In this document: piece by piece, positions 48,337 through 62,821 of the stretch
How positions within the stretch are numbered: position 1 is the first letter of the stretch
Layout: every line of letters begins with the position of its first letter
Assembly (NCBI GenBank): GCA_964016885.1
Contig: OZ024741.1
Location: forward strand, 372,992,001 to 373,056,000
Direction: 5' to 3'
DNA: 64,000 nt
Source: Eledone cirrhosa
Taxonomy: Eukaryota
Notes under the pieces: generated by a model
The model's input: the letters and a program-made list of their open reading frames with translations, nothing else
Databases searched by the model: none
What the model was told of the DNA's origin: nothing
Made by a program: the position numbers and the translations under genes

Positions 48337-51300
48337 AAGGAAGAGGGTGAAGGTGTAATCATACACTTGCATTATCATAAACACCCAATATTAAATTCAA
48401 TGAGCCTAAAGCTCAAAATGAAAAAGAGTAAGAAAAATAGTTTCACTTTTAATTAAAGAAAAAGAAAATAAAACAGCGTAAGATATTGTATGAGGCAATG
48501 TGGATGATATTAAATTCAAACCTTAACACAGGTACTATACTTCATGATTGATATCTTATATTACCTTTTTCTAACTTAGACATTTTGATATCAACCTGCT
48601 CAAAGCAACCACTGGTTTTATTAACCATCACCACCATCATCATCATCTTCATCATTATTCTTTCATCCACTTTTCCATGCTGGCATGAGTTGGATGGAAT
48701 GTTTTGAGACAAGATGCTGCTCCTCATGCCAACCCTTTTAGTTTTATCTTACAATATACAGAGACACAGTGTATATATTTCTCAAAATTGGGATATACAC
48801 AAAACAAATATTTTAAAGGGTTCCTATTCAAATTAGAATCTTCCAACATAATTTTCTATAAAACCCATTTGTTATATTATATTATAAATATCATCTTAAT
48901 AGTGAAATAATTAATAATTTTAGTAAATCCCACTAAATTTTTAATGAATTTTAGTGAATTTCACTAGAAATATGGTTGAAAAGCCTTAAATAAAAAATCC
49001 CTAAATCTGCTAATACAGTATACACTGTGCTCTGCATAAATATATGCTCATGGGGCCAGAGTCCTCAAACACTCCCTCCAGCAGGTCCTGTGAGAAGTAA
49101 CCATCTTTTGCTAATTAATTAAGTTGACAAATGAGCATTAATCATGCAAATTAGATTAATCATTTCAGTTGTTCTATATCCTGCTGAACATAAATAACAA
49201 TGCTATAAAGACCCCTCTGTGGGAATAGTTATCTTTCGATGAAGAGACAATAATTTCTGAAAAGCATAAAGATAACCTCTTGTATTTTTCTGTATACAGA
49301 GGGAATAACAGAAAATGTGTTTCCACTTCATTCTTTTCACAGCAAGGCTTTAAAAAAAAAAACTGAGCTATATCTACATAAATTCATCTTAAATTTTCTA
49401 ACATTTTCTGTGTGGTTAAGGAGTTTACTTCACAACCACATGCTTCAGATTCAGTCCTGCACTATGACACCTTGTACAAATCTCTTCTACTAATAACCTC
49501 AGGTTGGCCAATGCCGTGTGAGTAATATTTAGTTAGTCAGAAACTGCATAAGCCCATCACACCTATATGTGTGTATCTATGTTTACAATTGTGCCTATGT
49601 CTGTGTTTATGTCCCATCACTTAGCAGTTCAATAAAAAAGAGACTGATAAAATAAATACTTGGTGTCGATATGATTGACTAAATGAAAGTGGTGCCTCAG
49701 CATAACCGCAGTCTAATTACTGAAACCAGCAAAAGAGTAAAAGAATATAATATGCTGTGTTTTGCATAGATATTTATTATTAAAATAGAAATACTTCAAA
49801 CTGTAGAATAATCCTCTGCTCCTGGCATTAACTGTAATAGCTAAAACAAACTACAGAACACTCACATGGAAAATCCTGTAAATGGATTTAAGAAACACGA
49901 TACAATCTATGTGTCACTGTTCATTTGTATGTGAGACTAATGTCCAGATAATTTTTAAAGATTCTTACAAGTGAAAAATTCAAGTAGCCATTGTTATATC
50001 CTCAGGCCTCTTACAGTATGTTGATCTAGGAATATCATCATCATCATGAGAAAAGAAATATTGGAAACTATTACAGCAGTAACACAGTGAATGATATGTT
50101 TCCATTAAGTATATTTATGGTAACAGCATTTGAATGAATTACTGAAGTCAAATGCTGGTCATTGAAAGAAGCATTGGACTGGTTTCAGGTATAAGGAGGG
50201 GAGGACTATTCAACAACATCAATGACCTGGCAACCTATCTAGTGTGAATGTCATAATAAAATACACCCAGTACACTCTGAAAAGTGGTTGATATTAGGAA
50301 AGGCATCCAACTTTAGAAACTATGTCAATATGGGTAGAAAAGACCATTCGGTCATGTCAAGGTTCTGATAAATTCCCTAGTGCAGAGGCCACAATAAAAA
50401 GGATCCAGTATACTTAATAAAGTGGTTGGGGCAAAAAAGGTAGAGAAGTCACTTCAGTCATGTCATTGACATGGCAACCTCTGTAGAGCTGGTACCATAA
50501 TAAAATGCAGCCACTACACGCTGTAAACAGTTTGGCATTAGGAAGGACATCCAGCCACAGAGACCATGACCAGAAAGGGTAGAGAGGTTGTTTTAGTTAC
50601 ATTAAGGTCATGAAAGATTCCTTGTCATGTTCTTAGGCCATGCTAAAATGTATCCAGTACACCCTGTAAGGTGGTTTCCATGAAGGAAGGCATATATAGA
50701 AACCTTGCAAAAATAGGAACATATTGAGTGAGGTATGGATCATCAACCCCTTTAAGAGAACAGAAGCTCTGATTAAGTATTGACTTAGTCAATAATCTAT
50801 ATATAAATTTGAGCGACTTCTGTCTGTCTGTGTGTCACACAATGCATGTGTGTATGTAAAAGGAAGGAAGAGGATTGTGAAAAAACTATAGCAAAACAGC
50901 GGCTGGTGTTTCATTTGCTACGCTGTGTGTGAGTGTATGTGTGTGTATGTTTAAATGTGTGTGTGTTTGTTTAAATGTATGTGTGTGTGTTTGTGTCAAT
51001 GTATGTGTATTTATGTGAATGTATATCTGTGAGTCTGTATTTTTGGAAAGTCTGTCTGTGTTTGCACGTTTATATTTATATACTCATACATATAAATGTA
51101 TGTATACATATACACATATGCGTCAGCGTGTTAAAAAATCCTAGTTCGTTAAGAATATGATATTGAAAGGGTTGTTAATTTGGTGTCAAGCTGGTTTCTT
51201 GATATTAATTTGATGTACTGGTGGATTGGCAGCATTGATAGGTCGGACGCCATGCTTTGCAGCATAGAGTTATGGCCCTTTATGATCTGAGTTCAAATTC

Positions 51301-52214
51301 TGTCGAGGTTAACTTTGCCTTTCATCCTTATGGGGGTCGATAAAATAAAGTACCAGTTATGCACTGGGATAATTGCTGGCCTTGTGCCAAAATAGAAACA
51401 ATTAATTTGATGTCCATAACACCATTTGCCGGGCTAGTAGAATAAGATCTATTTCATTTCATAGAAGTAGATCTATTCCACATGTCACCACAAAAAATGA
51501 AACTTATAGGATAGTCTGCCTTGTAGTCCAACAGGATGGAGAAGACATTGCTTGGGAGTATCTTCTTCATTGTTTTCTATGTAGAATAACCTCCATAACT
51601 GTAGAGTATACTCCACATGAACTTCTATTTGTACACTAACTTCCATGACTATAGACTAACTGTAGATTAGCTTTTAAAGTTGATTAAAAACATACATTCT
51701 ATGATAGAACAATTTCCTAATTTAGACTTACTGTAGTATTTTTCAAATTTAACACTACTACTAATACTGCTGCTGTTACTACTATCACCACCACCATCAC
51801 CACTGCTATTGGAGTCACCTCCACCACTGATGCCGCCATCACCACCACCTCTGCGGCTGCCGCCACCGCCACTACTACTACTATTACCACTACCACCACC
51901 ATCATCCATTACCATCAACTTTTATCATAGATAATTTTTATTCTTTTTCTCTTTCATCTTAGGAGATCAATTTTTATAGAAAAGCTAGCATGGTTGACTG
52001 AACTAGTCTCTGAAATGGCCATTTGAAATATTACTTCTTTTTTTTACTGAGCCTAAAGATTAAAGACAGCACTTAACTCTGGCAAGAATTGAACACACAT
52101 CTTCAGGGAGAAACTAATCACCTTTAGACTGTTGATCTATAACTTTTGTAACATGATATTGTGATTGATGTCACATCCATTTTACTATTCTGCTATGATT
52201 GTATATTCATGAGA

Positions 52215-52740
52215 AAAAGCACCCAGTCCACACTGTAAGGTGGTCATGCTGGTGACATGACAAAAAAGCATCCAATCCAAACTATAAAGCGGTCGTGTTG
52301 GTGACACAACAAAAAGCAGCCAGTCGACACTGTAAGTTGGCCATGTTGGTGACATAACAAAAAGCACTCAGTCCACACTGTAAGGTGGACATGCTGGTGA
52401 CATGATAAAAAACACCCAGTCCACACTGTAAGGTGGTCATTCTGGTGACACAACAAAAAGCACGCAGTCCACACTGTAAGTTGGGATATTGGTGACACAA
52501 CAAAAAGCAGCCAGTTTATCATGTAAGGTGGTTGTTTCAGTGTCATGATAAAAAGCACCCAATCTACACTGTAACATGGTTGGTGTTATGAAGGGCATCC
52601 AGCCGTAGAAACCAAACCAAAATACAAATCCATATGAGCATGACATGATCTCCGGACCTGACTTGTCACATAATGTGACAATCCATCTAACCCATGCAAG
52701 TGTTGAAAAATAGATGTGAAACAATTATGATGCTGATGAT
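52215..52740 (+). repeat. SINE with ~7 degenerate internal 48-bp tandem units
   Basis: CACACTGTAAGGTGGTCATGCTGGTGACA...AAAAAGCACCCAGT units followed by an RTE-like tail. Confidence 0.85.
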
Positions 52741-53282
52741 AATTCAATATTCTTCCTGCACAGGAGTTAAGTTGGTTGTTTGAATAACGTCTCTGTACAC
52801 TCTTTATATCAGCTATATTTTCCCTCAAACCAACTATAACTGGTTCTATTTTTGTAACAACTATCTAAAGGGTCCTCTTTGCTCATGGTTGATTATGGGT
52901 TGGCATCAGGATGCCTTTCATAACACCAACCACTTTACAGAATGTACATTTGAAGTTTTTCTTTTAATCATTATTTTCACTTGCAATAATGTACAAAATG
53001 ACATGAACATATTTCACTTGCTATTTGAGAATGCTCACAATCTATTTTTTAGGCTAATTACTTCCCATAAGAGGCCAGCCTGCTGGGGAAGAGGTAGTGT
53101 CACTATGGTTTTGGTGACATGTGGAATGGAATTTGAGCTCAAACCCACAGAATCAGAACAGATATTCATTTTACTCTTTAACGATTCTGCTAAATCCACC
53201 ATACCTGGATTGGTACTCGATTTTATCAACCCTGAAAGGACAAAAGTTGACCCTGGCAGGATTTGAACTCAGAGCCCTAAGG

Positions 53283-53578
53283 GTATGGAGCATATAGTTT
53301 GTATGGAGCATATAGTTTGTATAGAGCATATAGTTTGTATGGAGCATATAGTTTGTATAGAGCATATAATCATTTGTATAGAGCATATAGTTTGTATGGA
53401 GCATATAGTTTGTATAGAGCATGTAATCATTTGTTTGGAGCATATAGTTTGTATAGAGCATGTAATCATTTGTATGGAGCATATAGTTTGTATAGAGCAT
53501 GTAATCATTTGTATGGAGCATATAGTTTGTATAGAGCATGTAATCATTTGTATGGAGCATATAGTTTGTATGGAGCAT
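53283..53578. repeat. Minisatellite of 18-bp and 21-bp units
   Basis: GTATGGAGCATATAGTTT and GTATAGAGCATGTAATCATTT. Confidence 0.95.
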
Positions 53579-54486
53579 TGTCCTCAGCAAGATTTTAACT
53601 TAGAGCATAGAGAACCAGAACAAATACTGTGAAGTATATTGATCTGATGTTCCAACAAGAGAAGCAACATACATTTTAAGGCTATTTTCCTTGCTAAAGC
53701 AACAGCTATTCTTGTAGGCCTTATGACAAGCTTTTGCCATTTCATCTTCATCTCCATGGCTTTTATTTCCTTCTCCATCATCTTTAGTCATATCTTTATT
53801 GGTCAACTCCTTCCTCCACTTCCTTATACATTCATTTCATTCCATTTCTCTTCACAACATTCATCACTGGCTCTACTCCCCTCATCCAGTCACTCACATC
53901 CTTCCTCAGCACATGACCCAACCATCTCATTCCATTTCTATTCACAAAATTCATTACTGGCTCTACTCCTCTCATTCAGTCACTCACATCCTTCCTCAGC
54001 ACATCTCATCCCATTTCTCTTCACAACATTCATCACTGGTTCTATTCCTATCATCCTCTACAATTCATTGTTTGTCTTCTTATTTCTCAGTGATACTTTG
54101 CTCATCCACTGAACCATTCTCAATCCCATTCTTTCCAGCCGCTACCTCTTTGTATTCTTCACCTATGTCTCATTCCCATAAATCATATCATTTTTCTCAC
54201 ATGAAATATATGCCTTTCCCAATCCAACACTTTAACAACTCTGCTAATCTGCAGCCTTAGTAACAATAATACTGTTTGTTCAATCATTAGTGAAACACAA
54301 TCCCCAATAAAGCAGTTGCTCAGTTCAGTATTACATATTTTTATGTTTAGTATTTATTAGTTATAATTATTACCACAGTTACAACTCTAGATTTCTATCA
54401 TGTTGACTTTAACAAACTTCTATGCTTCAAGAGAAGATGTTATTGTTGTTGTTCTGCCTATAATTCGGATAATGAATATCTATGCC

Positions 54487-55022
54487 TACACTGTAAAGTG
54501 GTCATGCTGGTATCACAACAAAAATCACCCAGCCCACACTGTAAAGTGGTCATGCTGGTATCACAACAAAAAGCACCCAGCCCACACTGTAAAGTGGTCA
54601 TGCTGGTATCACAGCAAAAAGCACCCAGCCCACACTGTAAAGTGGTCATGCTGGTATCACAACAAAAAGCACCCAGCCCACACTGTAAAGTGGTCATGCT
54701 GGTATCACAACAAAAAGCACCCAGCCCACACTGTAAAGTGGTCATGCTGGTATCACAGCAAAAAGCACCCAGCCCACACTGTAAAGTGGTCATGCTGGTA
54801 TCACAACAAAAATCACCCAGCCCACACTGTAAAGTGGTCATGCTGGTATCACAACAAAAATCACCCAGCCCACACTGTAAATGTGGTTCGTGTTAGGAAG
54901 GGATTCCAGCTGTAGAAACAGTCTGTATGAGCAAGACATGGTCACCTGACCTGACCTGACTTGCTGAAATGGGACAACCCGTATAGCCCATGCTAGCATG
55001 GAAAATGGATGTTAAATGATGA
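54487..55022 (+). repeat. SINE with 8 near-perfect internal 48-bp tandem units
   Basis: Unit CACACTGTAAAGTGGTCATGCTGGTATCACAACAAAAAGCACCCAGCC, then the SINE tail. Confidence 0.92.
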
Positions 55023-57444
55023 ACTGTCTACGCAGTTATTCGACCTGTTAAAAATAGTAACTAAATCAATTATTCCTCAAATCCCACCACACTGTCTTAG
55101 AAATGTGAAGAATACATTAGGAAATGTGGTTTTAGATGCCCCTAAAAATACTAACCATAAACATATATCATATTTTTATATAACTGTACCATTTTTTTGT
55201 TTTTATTTCAGTTTTCAATATCAACTGAAAATAACAATGAATTATAAGAAAGGGTGGGAGTGATGGTAGGTGACATGGTGAATCAGCACATCATTAGAGG
55301 AAAGGATATCTGTAACAATATAATTGAAAGAAATAATAAAGGAAAGGAGTTGGTGTGCAAAAACAGCTTAGGAAACATTAATACAAGAGCTTAGTCAATA
55401 AACATATAATTGGGATACAATGTGCCAGCTGTCAATAACATATTAAATATGTTATCAGGCTGACAAAGAATGTCTCTAGAGGAACTGATCAAGTAGGAGA
55501 TAGTAAAGAAAAAAAATTTAACCCTTTTAATACCAAACTTCCCAAGGCAGTGAATTGGCAGAATCGTTAAAACATTGGATAGAATGCTTTGTGGAATTCG
55601 TTTTAGCTCTCTGCTATCTGAGTTCAAATCCCACAAGGTCAACTTTTCCCCCTTTCAAGGTCTATAAAAAAAATACCAGTCTGATACTGGGGTTGATTCT
55701 TCCTCTATATCTCTTTCTCACTTCCATTCTCTCTATCATTCTCTGGAAGAAATCTGCTGTATTCAGACCTGGAGAGGGATGGGCTCCGACAGGTTTAAAA
55801 ATGCCCTAGATATACTGTAGGTCAATCAAGAGTTACAGGACCATGCATGTATGCATGCAATACCAAACTGATTGAAACCACTCCTGGTTTTACGACACAA
55901 AGCTATATATTTTAAAGTGTTTATATTTATCTAAAAATTTTCCATCATAATTTTATGTAAGAATATTATTTCAGTTATGTTGCAAACACCAGCTTCGTAA
56001 TGAGAACATTAGTTTAATTACTAAATCCCTTCAAATTCTTGATTATTTTAAAAATCATTTGAAAATTATAGACAGTATTTTACATTAGAAATATAGTAGA
56101 GAAATGGTTAAGAATAATTACAAAGCATTTAGATAAAGTGGCAGTATGAGGCTTTAAGATAATAAATCAAATTAACTAGTGAAGTGTTGTTTCTGATAAC
56201 TAACAATAGCAAAATAGAGCCAATAATCAGTCAATGTTTCCATTGGTCTTTCCATTGCAGATACTATTGGCAGGTTCAACTCCTGGCAGAAGCATCACCA
56301 CTTTTCTGATAACAAGAGGCAGGATTTGAAATCAGCATATACAGAACTGGAATACTGCAAAGAATCTCATATGACTAACAATTCTGTCAATATCTCCTCC
56401 ACCTCACCTGGAACTTTATTTATCAACTCTGATAGGGTAAAAGTTAAAGTTGATCTCAACAGGATTTGAAATCGAAGTGCAGAGAGCCTGAATAACTATT
56501 CATGCAATTCAGTTAATCTCATGCTCTAACAACTCACTGCATGTATATAACTAACTATAATAGCATCATTATTAACTAAAGTACCAGTAATGCACTGGGT
56601 AATTGCTGGCCTTGTGTCTAATGTAGAAACAATTATTAACTGTTTCAAATGTAAGGCTGATGCACAAAGATAATCATAAGGAGCTAAAGCTAAAGAACCA
56701 GGTAATAAAAGTGGTGGCTACAGTCAAGATCAAGCAATGACCCAATCAAAATTATGGGGAGAATATATGTGAGTGTGTGTGGTGGGGTTGTATGTATGCT
56801 GATATAATATGATAAGAATGTGGGAAGTGTGATGCTGTATGAAAGAGAAATGTAGGCAGGGGAAGCAAATGGAGTGTGGTAGCATGAGAAGAATAAATTA
56901 CAAAGGACATATTGATTGTCAGTGAATTGAAAAACTGATTATTAAAATACACAATTCTCTGCTGAATGTGTAATGTTAATATGCATGAATGATGAAACAT
57001 GGTTCAGTTAAGAGAAGAAAAAATGGGGTATCAGATTTTGCATCCAAGAGAGAGTGAGAAGACTTGGCTTGTAAGGAGTATGTAATGTGTAATGATGACT
57101 ATTAGGTAAAGAAATATCAGAAATTCCAAGGAGAAGGAAGATGAAGACCAACAAGGAAAACTTGGATAGAAATGGTGAAAGCTGAACCTTGTATAGGAAA
57201 GCAACACGATATTGTTTTGTAATGGATGTGTCCAAGAGCACACAATCATAGCAACACAATATTGTTTTGTAGTGAATGTGTCCAAAAGCACACAATCATA
57301 GAAAAGTGGACATAATAATAGTGATGATATTAATGATACTGCTGATAATATTGGTATTTGGAGCTACTTTCAATAAATGCTTAATAAAACACCTGTAATA
57401 TTCGGGGGGGGGGGGGGGGTAGAGAAAAACAAAGTAAGTGTGGG

Positions 57445-57935
57445 CAGAGAGGGGAGGAAGAAATAGAAAGAATGGGAGAGATAGAGAGGTAGAGGGAGAG
57501 AGAGGGAGAGGTAGAGGGAGAGAGAGGGAGAGGTAGAGGAAGAGAGAGGGAGAGAGATGGGAAGCGTGAGAGAGATAGAGAGGTGGGAAGCGCGAGAGAG
57601 ATAGAGAGGTTGGAACCCCACGAGAGAGAGAGAGATGGGAAGCGCGAGAGAGAAGAGAGATGGGAAGCGCGAGAGAGATAGAGAGGTGGGCGAGCCAGAG
57701 AGAGATAGAGAGGTGGGCGAGCCAGAGAGAGATAGAGAGGTGGGAGAGCTAGAGAGAGATAGAGAGGTGGGAGAGCCAGAGAGAGATAGAGAGGGGGGAG
57801 AGATAGAGAGGGGGAGAGCCAGGGAGAGAGAAATAGAGAAGAGAGAAAAGAGAGAGAGAGAAAAGAGAGGGAGAGAGAAATACAGGGGAAGGGAAGAGAG
57901 AGAGGGAGAGAGAGAGAGGGGAGGGGGAGAGAGAG
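57445..57935. repeat. Polypurine GA-rich low-complexity tract with ~27-bp units
   Basis: Directly visible. Confidence 0.9.
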
Positions 57936-60900
57936 TGACAACAATTAAAAATACACAAGATTAATTCATTTGATTGCTGAATATAATTAATGTTTACATT
58001 GAAAAAACAAAACAAACCAACACTGAAATTAAAATGGTGGAGAAAATATAGAAGGTGTGAATAAAAATATGGAACATCACAACATCACATGTGTGAAGTG
58101 AAATAGTCTTGTGAAGAAGTGATTATAGATTTGAGACAGTACAAGGTCAAGGTAGAATGAATGAATACATAAGAAGAGATAATGAAATCCAATATTTCAC
58201 AATTAGTTTAAACACACTTTCTTTTATGCTTTTATTCTATTATACTTTTAATGGTTTCTGCCATTAAACTTGCTTGGCCATGAAGGGATTTAGTTGATTT
58301 TTATCGACCCTATAACTCTTTCACTGGTTTTAGCCATTAGACTTGTGGCCATGCTGGAGCACTGTTTTCAAAGGGTTTTGATCAATCTTATTAATGCCAG
58401 TACTTATTTTTTCAAGTCTGGTACTTAATTATATTGATCTAACTCTGTTTGTCAAACTACTAAGTTCCAGGAAATAAACAAATAGTGGTCATAACACAAA
58501 CACATACACATACATGACAGGCCTTTGGATAGTTTCTGTCTACCAAATTTAATTCACAAAGCATTGGTCAACATCAGGCTATAGTCAAAGACATTTGCTC
58601 CAGGGGCCACATGATCGCAAAGTGAAATCCTTAACCACACAACCATGTCTACACCTGAAGATATATTTCTGTAAAAGACATGGCAAAAAGCACCCAGCCA
58701 CACTGTAAATGTGGTTGGCATTAAGAAGGGCATCCAGCTGTAGAGAACCAGTCAGAAACACCCCTATATGAGCGAGACACAGTCACCTGATACAACTTGC
58801 CTCAAAATAGGACCCATCTAACCCATGCTAGCATGGAAGATGGACAGTAATCAATGATGATGATGATGATGATGATAACTAATTAACAATGAAATTGCTG
58901 ATGTTGATTCATTTCACATTAATCTTCCCAATATAATTATTTATGTTTTAAATCAAAAGAAAAAGGATAGTCTTATAGGAATGAACCTCCATCGGTGTCA
59001 ACGATGGAGGTTCTGGTTATTTGATCAATCGAACAGCCTGTTCAGGAAATGAATGTGTAAGTGGCTGAGCATTCCACAAACACATGTATCGGTAATGTAA
59101 TTTTTTGGAAGATTTAGCCTAACAAACTATATGGCAAGGTTGGCCCCTTGAGTTACATGTACAGTCTATCAGACAGACCTCTAAACAGTTTCCACCTACC
59201 CAACAGTTGAGGCATGCGACTTAGTGGTAAGTACGTTGGACTTACAATCGTAATGTTGTAAGTTCAATTCCTGGACTGGGTTGTGTTTTGTGTTCTTGAG
59301 AAAAACACTCCATTTCATGTTGCTCTAGTATACTCAGCTGAAAATGAGTACTAGCAATAGCTGGGATAACTGACATCCTGTCCAGGGATGGGGTCTTGTA
59401 CTCTCAGTTGTTTTGTGCCAAAGAAACCATTATAAGCACTGGCCTGATGAGCCTCTGGGCTTGAGACAGGCTCTTTAGAATTTTAGACAATTTCACTCCC
59501 AAGGAATGGGTTGACTTGCTCAAGGTGCCACATAATGGGTTTAAACCTGGAACCTAATGATTGTGAAGTGAACTCCTGAACCATTGTGCCATGCTGCATC
59601 CATATAGTAATGCCTATAAGCCCTCTCTAACACTGGTGAAATAGCAACATAGCAAATACATCATTTACATTTGTACGCTGTAACATTACACTAACATTAT
59701 CTCTAACAGGAAATACAAGATATACACTATACTAGATCTTATTTACTCAAAAGAAAGTATTTATAGGCAACTAATCAGATTAGCTATGTAATTAGTTTTA
59801 AACAAATTTTTTTATTCGCTGTTTAGTCAAGGAGAGAAAGGCTGTGCTCAACACCATTTTGGGGGCCCCCAAAACTGGTGAGAAGGAGGAATGGAGGAAA
59901 GCATCCTCAAACATGATACCTAGCCATGGCAGACTTAATCTGTCATTTGGCTTAACACCACCACCTGGTCCTTGAGTGCCTTTACTGGTCCATGAGTGCC
60001 TTTACTGGTCCTTGAGTGCCTTTACTAATCCTTGAGTGCCTTTATCAAAGTACACTTTGTTGCAAGCATTCATGTCAGGTCTTTGTTTTGAGGATGCCTC
60101 TCTCACTTTCTCCCACCAGTCTATGGAGGCTCTAAAAAGGGTCATGGGCACTGAGCTTCTCTCTAACTAAAAGAGTTAAAAAAAAAACAAGAACAGAGTG
60201 AACTTGGCTAAAGGCACCTAAGGGCTAGGTGGTGGTGTTAAACTGAGTATATTCTATGTATAGACCTGTAACTCATAATAAAGTCATAGGGGTGACATCA
60301 TGATATACTTTAAATCTGGTGTAGCATATATCCTTACCAGGTCTAAACACAGCTGATTTCTTACTGAGAGAGAAGGTGTGTAAGAAAGGAAGTAAGAAAG
60401 AGATATAAATCAATATTCGACTTCAGCACTGGACTGTTATTTGTTTTTATCAATCTTGGAAGGATAAAGGTAAAGCTGATCTTGGCTTTTATAATCAGTT
60501 CTGGATCTGCAGTAGGGTGACTAGCCTTGGCCATCAGTGGGATTTTAATCCCTTGGTCAAATATGAGCTCAGAAAACACAGTGATGGAACAGATTATACA
60601 AGACAACTCATCTGATGTTCTAACAAATCTGTTAATTCACCACCATTGATTAGTACTTTATTTTATTGACCATGAAATGATGAAAGGCAAAAATTGACCA
60701 CAGTGAGATTTGAACTCAGAGTGCAGAGAGCTGGAATATATACCATAAGACATCTTATCTTAACATAATTTTCAGTTTTCAGGGAGATTCAACATGGCAC
60801 AGTGAATTACCAGTACAGCCCATCCAAAAGGCTACCAAACAGTTTCTATCTACCCAGTTTTATTAACAAGGCATAGTTCCACCTGAGGCAATGGTAAATG

Positions 60901-62340
60901 ACACTTGCCCAAGATGCTCCACAGTGGTATTGAACCTGGGACTTATTGATTGGGAAGCAAACTTCTTAACCATTCGGCTATACTACTATGTTCACATCTT
61001 TCTTGTTATAGCCATATTCTTCCCTTTGCTATATTTTTAATTATTCATAGCACCACAAACCAATCTATCATTAGCCACCTTCAATGAATTCTAGTAATTA
61101 TTCTTGATTATAATAAAGACCAGAGTGTCACTTGTCATCTGTCACCTGTCATATGACAGGTAATTTTGAGAGTATACTTCTATCTCATCAGATAATGTTA
61201 CATACATAATTATAAATCATGGTACTTATACAAACTAATGAAATTAATACTAATGTTGAAAATCTGTTTTACATCTGTTTTCCATGTCTTAGGTTCAACA
61301 CTGGTGTGGGTTAAAATAAAATAAAAATAAATTCTTATTTGTATTTTTACATTAAATATGTTATCAATAAAAATAATACTGTAATACTCTGATAATGAAG
61401 AAAAAGACGGGGAAATTTAACAAAAAGAAAAAAGAAAAGAAGGTATTTAAATCATTATGTAAATAAAAATAGACGAAAATGTCAAAATAGATAAATATAT
61501 AATATTACATTTCATTTATGCAGATGAATGCTGTAAGCATTTGCTCTTTATTCTTAAGTTTCAAAATACATATACTTGCACACACACACACACACATATA
61601 CATACACACACGTATATGCACACATACACACACACATACATCAATTTCTTATTTAATTCAATGAGAATATTTGGGGTGTTTCAAAGGAGTTGAACAAAGA
61701 TTACACACAGCACATTATACTAGTAGTACTGAGTTTGACTGTGCAAAGCATTGTATTCTTGGGCAAGACACTTTATTTCAAATTGCTTCAGTCCAATCAG
61801 CTGAAAAAAAAAAATTAGTTGTAGCTGTAATTCAAGGGGCCACCCTTGTCATACATTGTGTCTCATTTAATCTCCCTGAAAACTACAATAGGGGTGCACA
61901 TGTCTGTGGAATGTTCAGCCATTAACATGCTAATGTCATGAACATGCAGTTACATTGATCAAATCAACTGGAGCATTTCTTATCAGAAATGATGGAGGTT
62001 CAACAACAGATGTTTGTTGATCAAATCAAATGGAACAGATGTCTCAATATTTATCTTGAAATTTTACATGTGAAAGTCATATTAAATTAATCAACACATA
62101 TGCTACAGGTACGATTTGTCAAGTAAGATATACCCATGAGAAACAAAATATTCTAGAATTTTCTAACCTATGTATCATTCAATTTGCCAGAGGAAAAAAA
62201 GAATTTTAAGACCGTTAATTTAAATCAGAATTTCTCAAGTTTATTTTTGGTTGACTACTGCGCTCATTTTAAAGAATATATTTCATCAGCAATACTGCTT
62301 ATGTATGTAAGCCAAATTCATGGACTTTTAAGTGCTGAGA

Positions 62341-62808
62341 ATCATCATCATCATCATCATCATTTTACGTCCGCTTTTCCCTGCTTGCAAGGGTGGGACG
62401 GGTCCTATTCAGCGCAGCATCTCTCCATTTGTCACGGTCCTTCATCATCTCCACCGTGAGCTTCAACGATCTGAGGTCTGTCTCACCACCTCCACTCATG
62501 TTTTTCATGGTCTACCTCTACTACGTCTTCCTTCAACTGGCATTTCTTGGCACTTCTTTACCCAGCGGTCATCCTCCATGGACATCACATGTCCATACCA
62601 TCGCAGTCTTCTCTCCCGCACACTACAACTTATCCCTCTTAAACACAGTTTCTCTCTCAACACACCCATGCTCGGTCGTTCACACACATTGATATTGCAC
62701 ATGCAATGGAGCATGCTTGCCTCATTTCTCTCCAGCCGTCGCATATCCTCTGCAGTTGCTGCCCATGTCTCAGTACCATGCAGCATCGCGCACCTCACAC
62801 AGGCACTA
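62341..62808 (-). mobile_element. RTE (BovB-like) LINE 3' end
   Basis: AMLHGTETW...ERRLRWYGHV...EGRRSRGRP, with an (ATG)n tail matching the SINE tails. Confidence 0.9.
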
Positions 62809-62821
62809 TATATATATATAT

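Noticed and set aside
47720-48384. 170-205 aa YI-repeat ORFs
   Set aside because: (TA)n translations.
53171-53632. Met/Tyr-rich (reflectin-like) ORFs
   Set aside because: Translations of an 18/21-bp minisatellite, open in several frames, with no reflectin motif.
54487-54885. CRISPR array or repeat protein (HTVKWSCWYHNKKHPA)n
   Set aside because: The units are contiguous with no unique spacers, there are no cas genes, and the unit is part of a SINE.
57381-58015. Ser/Leu-rich and Arg/Glu-rich ORFs
   Set aside because: Translations of a GA low-complexity tract.
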